Positions 23,968-33,325 of a stretch of DNA of 48,100 bases are shown here, one piece after another; position 1 is the first letter of the stretch; each line of letters begins with the position of its first letter. The notes beneath the pieces were generated by a model. It was given only the letters and a program-made list of their open reading frames with translations, had not been told where the DNA came from and did not search any database. This DNA is from a virus. The stretch is from IMG/VR virus record IMGVR_UViG_3300031133_000003, positions 1 to 48,100 of that record, one strand, 5' to 3'. Position numbers and translations under genes: made by a program.

Positions 23968-24229
23968 GTTCGGAAGTTTGTCAGCGCTCTCCACGAATGT
24001 GGGTTCTAACTTAGCTAATATGTCAGCTCAGTCTACAGCAGCTGCTGGCATTGGGGCCGCAAATCAGAGCGCCCTGAACGCGCAGAGCCAGGGACAGACC
24101 TGGGGAATGTACGGCAGCATTGCTGGCAGTGTAGGTAGCTTAGCAGGGGCGGCAGGCGCAGCATTTAATTCAGCCCCCACTAATACTAACCAACCGGCAC
24201 CAATTACCAGAAACGACACTTACGTATAA
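23720..24229 (+). CDS. internal virion protein (169 aa) with an N-terminal hydrophobic segment and an Ala/Gln/Ser-rich body
   Basis: ATG at 23720 with GAGG 9 nt upstream; starts MPQAAVLAVVAIAAAAS... Confidence 0.55.
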   Translation: MPQAAVLAVVAIAAAASTYSAVQQNRAQKRAAGAQKDAADTSAAQQKNQEMQARREQIRRQRITAAQIQQGASNQGASMSSGEFGSLSALSTNVGSNLANMSAQSTAAAGIGAANQSALNAQSQGQTWGMYGSIAGSVGSLAGAAGAAFNSAPTNTNQPAPITRNDTYV

Positions 24230-24237
24230 GGAATAAC

Positions 24238-27200
24238 ATGTCGCAGATTGATTTGTTTAATCAGGGCACAGCCTCTTACTCAGTAGACGATTTTAACGAG
24301 GATTCTGCGGCTGTTTCTCCTGTCACCAGCATGGGCACTAACAGAAACGTTGCTGCTCATGCTGCTCTATTATCTCCAAAGCCTGATGAAATTCCACAAG
24401 TGTTCAATCAGAGCTTTGATGAACTGAATGGGCAGGGGCAGAGTCAGACAGCAGATACTATGTTAGCGAACGCACAGGGAGAGACGCTCTCCGGCCTTCG
24501 TACAGCTGCTGCTGACCTGCTCACTGACCCGACTAAACCAGATGAATGGAAACGGGCAGCACTAGAGAGCATCAGCAACCCACAGAACACTTTGTTCGAC
24601 CCACGAGCAATGGTTGCTACTCGCGCTGCTTCCCAGCCTATTGATGGCGAGTCTGATGAGTCGGGGCAACTACGAGGAACTGTAGCCGCTGCTATTACCA
24701 ATGTTATTGCGTATCAGCGTGAGAAGCAGAAGTTCTTCAATGAGATGAAACTTCGTGAAAGTGAGAACCCATCAGCAACTGAATGGGTGAATACAGCTGA
24801 AATGTTCACCCCAGGCACTCTGGGCTTTAAACAGGCTCGTGCATTCTCCTCTCTCAACGACAGCACCCTGGGAACCATTGCTTCCTTCTTCCTCCCAGGC
24901 TCTTCTAAAGCAGCTATGGCTGACAAGTTCAACCGGTTGCCGCTAGAAGACCGTCAGGCTGTTATGGAAAACACCATGAACATGCTGTCCGCTGATGGAC
25001 AGACCATTTTCATGCCAAGCGCAGCTGACCAGGGCAACTTAGCAGCTTTCCGTGACATTGTGGATGAGGGCAGCTACACAGTTACCCAAGAGACGGTAGA
25101 TAACTTAGTAGGCGTGTTGGACGTGGTGGGTATCGGTGGCTTCCTGGCTAAGTTCACTAAAGGAGGTGCAGCGGCAGCTGATGCAGCTAGCACAGGCACA
25201 CGAGGGGGTCCCCGTTCTCCTACACCAGAAACCGAATGGCGTACAGGCAATCAGAGAAACCCAGGCACATTTGACCAGAATGGTAATCCATCTGACCCAA
25301 TTCGTCAATGGGAAAGAATGACCCCGGAAGAGCGTTCATGGTCGCGCCGCTTCACTGTGTCTGAAACACAGCCTACAGCACCAATGGAAACCATTAAAGA
25401 TGTCAATCCTCAGATGGCTCGTAATCTGCATCAAGCGGTCGAAGCCGACACATCGGGAGATTTGGCTGGGGCTCTTTATGGTACTGCTCGTGAAGATGCT
25501 ATTGCACATGACATCGCCCCACAAATCTCCTCCGTCGATGGACGAGTACAGAGCAAGGTGCATAACGCAGAGCGAGATAGTGACTTCCGTTTCATGCCCG
25601 ATGCCGAAGTCTTAGATTTTGTAGACAACTCAGGGGCTTCATACCTGTCCCCTGCTGAGAAGCGTGTATTGCGCGGTAACGCTGTAAATGACTTCCAGAA
25701 TACAACAGGACTTGCAGCACGTAAGGAAATGATGTCAGTAGAAGACCTTCCTGATGGACTCTCCTTGAAAGCTGTCTACGGCCCTACAGATTCTGGTTGG
25801 GCTAATGCAGCTGATGCTGTAGAACAGGCTCAATTTGCTTTCCGTAAATATGGAATTGAACCAGGAAATATTCAGATTCTTGCTCGCCAGGCTGATGAGT
25901 ATGTTCCTGTTAGCATGGAGCAAGCAGCTTCTCTCGGGCAAGGTGATTACCTCCTTCAAATCAACCATACGCATAAATTCAACATTGCGGATATGGCTGA
26001 TGAGGGATGGGAAGCGTTTGACGTTAAGAACAACATTCTGGATGAATGGGCGAAGGGAACAGGTAAAGGGGCTCAGGGCTCTCTGGCCTCTAACATGCTT
26101 GACCCACAGAGTATGCTTAACTTCGGTCTGACTAAAGGGGCTACAGTTAGTACAGCTCGCGCTGCACAGACAGAAGCTCGTATGGGCAAGCTTGCTGAAA
26201 ACTACATTCGTAGCGTTAAGGTGTTAGATAAGACGGAGCAACAGCGTTTGTTCGAAGCTATCCGCCAGAACAACGTAAAAGGGCAGAGCTTCAACTACAC
26301 AGACATGGTTGCAGAAGGATATTCTCAGAATGCCATCAAGGCAGCTGAAAGTTGGAAGGTAGCTCAGGACACCATGTATGAGTTGACCAACCGTGACCTG
26401 GTTAAGAGCTATCGCTCTCGTGGATATGGTGTGATGGAGCATCAGGATAGCGGTACGCGCTTGTTTGTTAAAGAGCTGAATCGAACCCAACTAGCTGGTG
26501 ACATCCGTGTCTATGACCCCGTTAAGGGTGAAGTAAGACCAATGACCAAAGAGCAGATTAGTGCCCACTATGACGCTAATGGCAACATTGGTAAGATGCA
26601 TACACCGATGACCGTTGATAAGCAATCAGTGGAATATGTGCTCAACACTAACAAAGCAGGTTCCACCTATGTTCGTGCTTTGAAGGATACAGACCATGTT
26701 CTCAGCTATCGCAAAGGATACTACGCGGTTAAGTACGACAACCCTCATTTCATCGAACAGCGCCTTGTAGATGATGCAGGTCGTCCTATCCTGGATGAGA
26801 ATGGGAAGCAGGCATGGAAAACCGTAGCTACAGCTGACACTGTACCAAATGCTAACAGGGCTCGTCAACGCTTAGCAGCTGTACGTGGGGGCAATTGGGA
26901 AACTGATTTCCGCTATCGTGCAGACCTGAAAGGTGATGGCTACGACCAGGCTGTGATTTCTCATATGCAAGCTGGGGGAATGTCTGCTCAGAAGGTGAGG
27001 GGTCAGCGTTTAGAAGAGGCGTTAGGAGATAACAACATCTCCAATCAGGTGAACATTGAGAACCCAATTAACTCACTGATTCACTCTGCCTCATCTATTG
27101 CTAACCGTGTAGCATTTAGGGATTGGCTGGAAACAGCTAAGGCGCGCTTTATGGCCCAATACTCAGATGTTCTCCCAAGGGCACAGGGGCAGGTTAAGTT

Positions 27201-29088
27201 CCCGGCTAGTCGCGCTGAGATTGGAGAAGCGGGTATTAGCTCTAAGATGGCTACAGATGCCCGCACCACCTGGGAATACATTCGCTCTATGGAGAATGGA
27301 TACCAGAACAGTATTGATGCTGGCTATCGTGCAATGTTCAACACTATGGCTGACCTGGTGGGCACTCGTGGATTTGGTAACACAGAAAGGGTTATTCGCT
27401 CTGCTGCGGCTGGACGTGGACCTACGGGGGCTGTTAAGAGCTTAGCGTTTAACCTGATGCTGGCACTAAACCCTCTCCGTCAGTTCCTGGTACAGAGCCA
27501 TCAGGCCATCATGCTCACTGCTTCATTCCCCACTTACACTGCTTCTCGTATGGTTCCTGACTTAGCTATTGTCATGACCAAGCATTTGGCAGAAGGGAAG
27601 AATGTTAAGATTCCTGACAACTTCTTCACTCAATGGGGGCGCACCCCAGAACAGGCTGAAGCTATGTTCCAGGCGCTTAAGAAGAGCGGTATTGCAGATG
27701 GCATTAAAGCGCATGAGCTGGTCCGTGAGGGCATGAACAGCTTAGCTGATGGCAGTGCATACACAGCTGCTCAGATGGGTACCAGCGCTCTTAGAACGGC
27801 TACAGCACCTCTTCGTACAACGCTTAAGGTGGCTCGTAAGGTTGGCTTCGACATGGGCGAATACCTTTCCTCTTCTGCTTCCTTCCTTGCTCACTATGAT
27901 GACGCACTGAAGAAAGGTGTGAAGATGGATGCAGCAGGAATTGAAGATACATTTGCCAAGAGTCGTAACTATGTGTATAACATGGACCGAGCAGGTGCCA
28001 TGCCTTATAACCATAACAACCTGGCTATGTTCACTCAGTTCTTGCAGGTTCCCCATAAAGCCATTACCCAGCTCCTGTTCAACCGTGGTATCTCTTCCAA
28101 GCAGCGTTTCGCTATGTCTGCTTTCATGGGAGCTATGTTTGGTCCTACAGCTGTTGTTGGCTTGGTGCCAGGTACAGGGGATGCAATGGAGGCTTTCTTC
28201 CACGACTTGTTTCCGGAAGACCCAACCACCCGTAACGCATTGCGTACAGGGCTTGAGAGTGTAATGCTAAACAACTTCTTCACCAGCTTGTACGGAGAGG
28301 AAGTGAATCTGGATTACAAATCTTTGGCTCCTCTTGATGCGTATGGGCTCACTGAGTTTGTTCAGACAGCTTTCGATGAAGGCATTACGAAAGTGGTAAC
28401 TAACAGCCCAGGTGGCTCTCTGTTGTTTGGTTCTAACCCCCGAGTGATGCAGGTGTTGTCCACCTTCGGCAGCTTGATGGGCATGGGTCCAGCTAAAGAG
28501 AAAGACCCTACCACTGTTGGTAACATGTTCATGGACATTGCCAATCTCTCATCCGGCTTCTCTAACGCCTACAAAGCTAAACAGGCATTGGAATATGGAC
28601 GTAAGATTGGCGCTCTCGGTGGTACAACAGACGGAACAGTGAACAGCTTTGAAGCTATTGCTCAAGCCTTCGGTATTCCTACAGCTGACCAGGAAGCTTC
28701 TCGTAAGATACTGGATAGCACTTGGAAGAGTCAAGAGGCATTTGACAATGATGTGAAGCAGACATTCAACAAGTATGCTAAGATAATCACTCAGGATGGC
28801 TTAACAGCTGACCAGTTTGAATATGCTATTAAGATGGCAGAGTTGGAGATGTCAGCGTATGGTAATAACCAGCGTGCTGCTGAGGTGTGGAACCAACAGC
28901 TCAAGAAACAACAGAGCAATGGTGACTACCGAATCATTGACAAAGTGATGGAGATGAGCGGGTGGGCTAAGAAGAGTGATGTGAATCGCTTGATTGACCA
29001 GGCACCAGGAATCACAGAAGAGCAGCGTAATAACCTTCGTGCTTTAACAGATTATAATTTCTCAATGCGAGATGATAAAGGAGAGTAG
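24238..29088 (+). CDS. large internal virion / DNA-ejection protein (1616 aa)
   Basis: Size and position after the tail-tube genes, as for T7 gp15/gp16. No catalytic motif recognised. Confidence 0.65.
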   Translation: MSQIDLFNQGTASYSVDDFNEDSAAVSPVTSMGTNRNVAAHAALLSPKPDEIPQVFNQSFDELNGQGQSQTADTMLANAQGETLSGLRTAAADLLTDPTKPDEWKRAALESISNPQNTLFDPRAMVATRAASQPIDGESDESGQLRGTVAAAITNVIAYQREKQKFFNEMKLRESENPSATEWVNTAEMFTPGTLGFKQARAFSSLNDSTLGTIASFFLPGSSKAAMADKFNRLPLEDRQAVMENTMNMLSADGQTIFMPSAADQGNLAAFRDIVDEGSYTVTQETVDNLVGVLDVVGIGGFLAKFTKGGAAAADAASTGTRGGPRSPTPETEWRTGNQRNPGTFDQNGNPSDPIRQWERMTPEERSWSRRFTVSETQPTAPMETIKDVNPQMARNLHQAVEADTSGDLAGALYGTAREDAIAHDIAPQISSVDGRVQSKVHNAERDSDFRFMPDAEVLDFVDNSGASYLSPAEKRVLRGNAVNDFQNTTGLAARKEMMSVEDLPDGLSLKAVYGPTDSGWANAADAVEQAQFAFRKYGIEPGNIQILARQADEYVPVSMEQAASLGQGDYLLQINHTHKFNIADMADEGWEAFDVKNNILDEWAKGTGKGAQGSLASNMLDPQSMLNFGLTKGATVSTARAAQTEARMGKLAENYIRSVKVLDKTEQQRLFEAIRQNNVKGQSFNYTDMVAEGYSQNAIKAAESWKVAQDTMYELTNRDLVKSYRSRGYGVMEHQDSGTRLFVKELNRTQLAGDIRVYDPVKGEVRPMTKEQISAHYDANGNIGKMHTPMTVDKQSVEYVLNTNKAGSTYVRALKDTDHVLSYRKGYYAVKYDNPHFIEQRLVDDAGRPILDENGKQAWKTVATADTVPNANRARQRLAAVRGGNWETDFRYRADLKGDGYDQAVISHMQAGGMSAQKVRGQRLEEALGDNNISNQVNIENPINSLIHSASSIANRVAFRDWLETAKARFMAQYSDVLPRAQGQVKFPASRAEIGEAGISSKMATDARTTWEYIRSMENGYQNSIDAGYRAMFNTMADLVGTRGFGNTERVIRSAAAGRGPTGAVKSLAFNLMLALNPLRQFLVQSHQAIMLTASFPTYTASRMVPDLAIVMTKHLAEGKNVKIPDNFFTQWGRTPEQAEAMFQALKKSGIADGIKAHELVREGMNSLADGSAYTAAQMGTSALRTATAPLRTTLKVARKVGFDMGEYLSSSASFLAHYDDALKKGVKMDAAGIEDTFAKSRNYVYNMDRAGAMPYNHNNLAMFTQFLQVPHKAITQLLFNRGISSKQRFAMSAFMGAMFGPTAVVGLVPGTGDAMEAFFHDLFPEDPTTRNALRTGLESVMLNNFFTSLYGEEVNLDYKSLAPLDAYGLTEFVQTAFDEGITKVVTNSPGGSLLFGSNPRVMQVLSTFGSLMGMGPAKEKDPTTVGNMFMDIANLSSGFSNAYKAKQALEYGRKIGALGGTTDGTVNSFEAIAQAFGIPTADQEASRKILDSTWKSQEAFDNDVKQTFNKYAKIITQDGLTADQFEYAIKMAELEMSAYGNNQRAAEVWNQQLKKQQSNGDYRIIDKVMEMSGWAKKSDVNRLIDQAPGITEEQRNNLRALTDYNFSMRDDKGE

Positions 29089-29090
29089 TT

Positions 29091-31295
29091 ATGGCGGGCT
29101 TGTTTGAAACACAAGACGTTGCAGCCCCTCAAATGGGGTTTAGTGCCCCGCAGGCTGTAGCGCCTGTATCAAATGCTTCCACTGTAGCTGCTGTGGGTCA
29201 GGGATTGACCCAGCTGTTAGGCACAGGGTTGCAGATGTATCAGAACCAACAGAAGGTGGAAGCACAGCAGAAGCAGGATAAGGTGGTGTCTGGCTTTGCC
29301 CAGAACATCGTGGCTTTAAATGCGGCAGTTGAGCAGGGGAGTATCACCCAAGCAGACGCACAGCGTCGTCAGCGTGCCATGTTCAATCAGGCAATTGCTA
29401 ATAACCCCCACCTCACTGATGACCTGGTTAAGCTGAACACCTCTATTGCTGGGAGCGCTGGCTTAGGCACTACGTTAGCGGAAGGCACCGCTGTTGACCA
29501 GCAGATTAAAGCTGACACTAAAGCTGCTACAGGTGCTGGCTTCATTCAGCCTGGTATGTCCCCAGAGCAGCAGGAGAAAGGGCTTAATCTCTATCGTCAG
29601 CAGCAGCAGGCTTTAAACCAGATGGACTTTGCTAGTAAGCAACTTGGTTTGCAGAACCAGCAACTGTCCCTCCAGGAGAAGCGCGCTAACATTGCTAATG
29701 CTCAGGTACAGCGAGCTAACGCAGCAGCTCAGCTACAAATGACACGTAACAAGCTTGCTGTGCAGAATGGGCTGTCAGATGTAGCCAATGTGTACGTACA
29801 AGATACCCTGGGTAAGATTGGGAGCTTGCAAGAGAAGCTTGCTAACAAACAAATTACCCCAGACCAGTTCTTGCAGGAAACACAGCAGTATCGTAATAAG
29901 TTCTACGCTGTAACCCAAGGCGCTCGTGGTGTTGCTGGTGGTGATTACATTGACACCCTCTCCTCTCCTCTGTTCAAGATTTTGGACGCTGCTGACAACG
30001 TAGCAAGTGGAAAGGTGAGTGCTGATGTAGCTAAGAACCAGCTGGACCATGCTCAAACTGTAGCTGCTCTTCCATTCATGAATGACCCTAAGATTGCAGC
30101 TATTGCAGCTCAGAGCAAAATCTTTAACGGCATCTTCAACCCGGTTGTACTGTCAGCGTTCGGTTCAGATGTAGTTAAGTCTATTCAAAAGAATACGCGA
30201 CAAGGCACCCCAGCTAACGCCGTATCTGATGACCCAGACGAGCAGGAAGCGCATACATCTTACACCAATGGGTTGAAGGAAGCAATCACTACGTTCTCCA
30301 CTAAGAGCCCAGCAGCGTCAGATTTGAAGGGTTTGCAGGGGGAGCTGGAGACAAACTTGAATCAGGTGTTGAAGAGTGTAGGTACTATGGGGGCTTCTGT
30401 AGATAATCCCACTCAGTTCAACAACGTGATGAAGTTCTTTGCTGACCCGACATTCTTAGAGTTTCAGCAGAAAGGTGGGAAGATTGACCCATCCCTCTCT
30501 CAGCAAGCTAAGACTGTTATTCAGGAAAACTACCAGAGCCAGCTGATTCCAGCTATCCGCACTGAATGGGAGAATGCTAAGACAGTTACCAGCACCACTC
30601 TTCCAGCTGGTGGATTCCCTGCTATGGGAGCTTCAACTCCTACAGCAACCACCACAGAAGCAGACAGCTCCAAAGTGGTTAGTTATCGCTGGACAGGTCA
30701 GAGCTTGCAGTTTGTTCCTTCTGCTGGATACGAGCGTAACCGTGCAGCACTAGCTAAGGCTAAAGAGCTTAACCAGAAAGTTAGTCCGTTGGTTCAGCGC
30801 TTGGTGATGGCAGATGCACATATGGAGGGAAATCAAGACTACAGCAAATACTTCAAAGAATTAGAGCCAGCAATCTTTGGCAGCAGTGGGGACCTGCCTG
30901 ACACTAGTTCTCAGAATGATGTTCAGCAGTCAGCACAGAGCACTAAAGCCCCAAAGAGTAAAGCTGCTTGGAGTGAACAGTGGGGTGGTAATCCCAGCAG
31001 CGTCCCAGGCATGGTAAGCCAAGGGGATATTGACTTAACTACTAGACCACAGGTGAAGAATGCAGATGGAAGTATTTCGACAGTGCGTTCTATGTCCTTC
31101 CGTGACGAAGAGCTAGGCGTTGAGGTATTGGTGCCTACTGTTAGCGAAGACGGAAGAATCATGTCTGATGAAGAAGCTGTTAACCAGTATTTTAAAACTG
31201 GAAAGCACTTAGGTATGTTCCGCACTCCAGCTGCGGCAGACAAATACGCAGAGGAACTGCATAACAGGCAGGCTAAGCTTTATGGGATTGAATGA
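29091..31295 (+). CDS. internal virion protein (734 aa), Gln/Ala-rich coiled-coil N-terminal half
   Basis: Position and composition. Confidence 0.6.
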   Translation: MAGLFETQDVAAPQMGFSAPQAVAPVSNASTVAAVGQGLTQLLGTGLQMYQNQQKVEAQQKQDKVVSGFAQNIVALNAAVEQGSITQADAQRRQRAMFNQAIANNPHLTDDLVKLNTSIAGSAGLGTTLAEGTAVDQQIKADTKAATGAGFIQPGMSPEQQEKGLNLYRQQQQALNQMDFASKQLGLQNQQLSLQEKRANIANAQVQRANAAAQLQMTRNKLAVQNGLSDVANVYVQDTLGKIGSLQEKLANKQITPDQFLQETQQYRNKFYAVTQGARGVAGGDYIDTLSSPLFKILDAADNVASGKVSADVAKNQLDHAQTVAALPFMNDPKIAAIAAQSKIFNGIFNPVVLSAFGSDVVKSIQKNTRQGTPANAVSDDPDEQEAHTSYTNGLKEAITTFSTKSPAASDLKGLQGELETNLNQVLKSVGTMGASVDNPTQFNNVMKFFADPTFLEFQQKGGKIDPSLSQQAKTVIQENYQSQLIPAIRTEWENAKTVTSTTLPAGGFPAMGASTPTATTTEADSSKVVSYRWTGQSLQFVPSAGYERNRAALAKAKELNQKVSPLVQRLVMADAHMEGNQDYSKYFKELEPAIFGSSGDLPDTSSQNDVQQSAQSTKAPKSKAAWSEQWGGNPSSVPGMVSQGDIDLTTRPQVKNADGSISTVRSMSFRDEELGVEVLVPTVSEDGRIMSDEEAVNQYFKTGKHLGMFRTPAAADKYAEELHNRQAKLYGIE

Positions 31296-31534
31296 TGGAC
31301 AATAAAGTGGTGACAGCAGCTCAAGTGAGTGGAGGAGGCTTTCTGGTTTTCATTTCTAAACTAGACTTAGCCTCCTGGAGTTATATAGCTGGTATCAGCG
31401 TGGCAGTGTTAGGCTTGGCAGGAAGCTTCTATTGGCAATGGAGGAAAGACAAGCGGGATGCCCTAGTGAATGCCGCTATTCTTAATTCCATTCGAGAGAA
31501 AGGTGTAGTGCTAAATGACCAACACTTGGACTAA
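31292..31534 (+). CDS. holin (possibly pinholin-type)
   Basis: 80 aa with two hydrophobic segments and a charged C-terminus. ATGA-coupled and immediately upstream of the endolysin. Confidence 0.6.
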   Translation: MMDNKVVTAAQVSGGGFLVFISKLDLASWSYIAGISVAVLGLAGSFYWQWRKDKRDALVNAAILNSIREKGVVLNDQHLD

Positions 31535-32063
31535 GAGACTGACAGCAGCGGGGACGGCCTTGGGCCTCTCCGTAGTTGGTGTGATAACCGTTAACGAAGG
31601 CTATAGCCCAACAGCGTACTATGACGGAGCTCATGTAGCAACAATCTGTTACGGAGAGACGAAGGGTGTGAAGATTGGGATGGTCAAAACTAAGAGTGAA
31701 TGCGATGCGCAGTTACAGAAAAGTATTGCCGAGCACGCTAAGGTTTTTGATGGCGTGCCTCAAGCGACCCCAGATGTCGTTGCTCTCGGTGCCATTGACA
31801 TGGCTTATAATGTCGGCATCTACGGCTTCAATGCTTCTAGCGTAAAGAAAGCTATCATTGCTGGGGATTATTCTCAGGCAGGGAGAGCTGTATTGCAGTG
31901 GAAGTATATTACACGGAATGGGAAGAAGTATGATTGTTCTGTGAAAGGGAATAAGGTGTGCTGGGGGCTCTGGCAGAGACGCTTATGGCAGAGCAAGGCG
32001 ATAGGCAATCAATTTAAAAGCCCACAGGAAGCACTCAGTGAACTTAATAACATCTACCGTTGA
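31515..32063 (+). CDS. SAR endolysin, GH24 lysozyme
   Basis: N-terminal Gly/Ala-rich signal-anchor LTAAGTALGLSVVGVI. Catalytic pattern E-x8-D-x5-T in NEGYSPTAYYDGAHVAT. Confidence 0.85.
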   Translation: MTNTWTKRLTAAGTALGLSVVGVITVNEGYSPTAYYDGAHVATICYGETKGVKIGMVKTKSECDAQLQKSIAEHAKVFDGVPQATPDVVALGAIDMAYNVGIYGFNASSVKKAIIAGDYSQAGRAVLQWKYITRNGKKYDCSVKGNKVCWGLWQRRLWQSKAIGNQFKSPQEALSELNNIYR

Positions 32064-32391
32064 TAAGGTATTGGCTATAGCTGTTGCAGCTCTCCTGGTG
32101 CTCTGTGTAGCGTTTGGCGGTCTATGGTGGTATAGAGGAACTGTCATTGACAAGCAGGATGTTCAGATATCCCAGCAGAAGCAGCAGCTAGAGCTTTACG
32201 CTAAAGATAAGACAGCCCAGGAAAAGGCTGATAAACAGCTCCAGGCAGAGAAGGATAAAATAGCTAAAGAGCGAGAGACATACAAGGCACAATTGAAAGA
32301 TGCGCTTAACAACCAAGCTTGTGCTGACACTCCTCTGCCTGATGACGCTAAGCGGGTGCTCAAAGAACTATACGGTGGTAAAGGTTCCTGA
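32038..32391 (+). CDS. i-spanin (Rz-like)
   Basis: GTG start, N-terminal TM helix, then a coiled-coil periplasmic domain. Confidence 0.7.
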   Translation: MNLITSTVDKVLAIAVAALLVLCVAFGGLWWYRGTVIDKQDVQISQQKQQLELYAKDKTAQEKADKQLQAEKDKIAKERETYKAQLKDALNNQACADTPLPDDAKRVLKELYGGKGS

Positions 32392-32545
32392 CAGGTATCT
32401 ACAGGAGACAGCTAAGCCAGATGGAGTACCACAGACCTTTGGTGAGGCTGTTACATCTATTCCAGAATGGAGCTATGCACTCGGGCAGTGTAATGCAGAT
32501 AAAGCAGCAGCTAGGAAATATCAAGAGGAAATAAACCGTGGCTAA
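32300..32545 (+). CDS. o-spanin (Rz1-like lipoprotein), partly overlapping the i-spanin gene
   Basis: Signal peptide with lipobox LSGC. Starts inside the Rz frame and extends beyond it. Confidence 0.75.
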   Translation: MRLTTKLVLTLLCLMTLSGCSKNYTVVKVPDRYLQETAKPDGVPQTFGEAVTSIPEWSYALGQCNADKAAARKYQEEINRG

Positions 32546-32819
32546 GAAGGGTCAATACAAGAAGGGGGCTAAGGCAGATAGTGTTCGTCAGCGAGCATAT
32601 AACTCATCCCCGGAACAAAAGAAGAGGCGTGCGGAGCGTAATGCTTCTCGCGCTAAGATGGTGAAAGCAGGGAAGGTGAAGAAGGGTGATGGAATGGATG
32701 TAGACCATCGCAATAAGAATACTTCTGACAAGTCTACGAAGAATCTTCGTGCTCGTTCCGTTAAGGCCAATCGTGCTGATAATCGTGGCACGGGCGGACG
32801 TAAAAAGAAAGGTAAATAA
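32538..32819 (+). CDS. very basic protein (93 aa; Lys/Arg-rich) with a possible degenerate HNH-like core
   Basis: GTG start. The sequence DVDHRNKNTSDKSTKNLRARSVKANRADN carries the possible HNH-like core. Confidence 0.5.
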   Translation: MAKKGQYKKGAKADSVRQRAYNSSPEQKKRRAERNASRAKMVKAGKVKKGDGMDVDHRNKNTSDKSTKNLRARSVKANRADNRGTGGRKKKGK

Positions 32820-32824
32820 ATAGA

Positions 32825-33289
32825 ATGGCTAATAATAACTATCGTATTGAAAGTAAGAAATTCTTCAACGCTCAGACAGGTCAGAAGAAAACAGCATGGG
32901 CTGATGCAGCAGCGGCTTATTTCCGTCAGGTGGGACAGAGCAATAAGACTAACTTCGTTGATGCGCTCGCTACCTACTATGCTAAGGTGAATGCTGGCAC
33001 CATCTCTGCTCCCACCTACCTATCTCAGACTCAAGCTGTAGTAAATAACGCTGGTACATCTCCTGTACAGAACTCAGCTGGTGCGGCTATTGCGAATGGT
33101 ACATATACCGTAGCAGCTCAGGCTGTCACTAACATTCGCCTTCCTGCCACTGTAGGTGCTGTATCTAACTCAGGCACTGTAACCTGTACTGTGACAACCG
33201 CCACAGCTCGTACAGCTGGTCAGAGCGATTCCAAGGTAGTTACCTTCACTGTAGCTAACGGTGTAATTACTGCCATCTCTATTCCTTAA
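32825..33289 (+). CDS. hypothetical structural protein (154 aa)
   Basis: Position upstream of the tail fibre. Ala/Thr/Val-rich. Confidence 0.55.
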   Translation: MANNNYRIESKKFFNAQTGQKKTAWADAAAAYFRQVGQSNKTNFVDALATYYAKVNAGTISAPTYLSQTQAVVNNAGTSPVQNSAGAAIANGTYTVAAQAVTNIRLPATVGAVSNSGTVTCTVTTATARTAGQSDSKVVTFTVANGVITAISIP

Positions 33290-33325
33290 TATAATTTAAT
33301 ACGGCATGGATGCCAAGGAGGAAAT

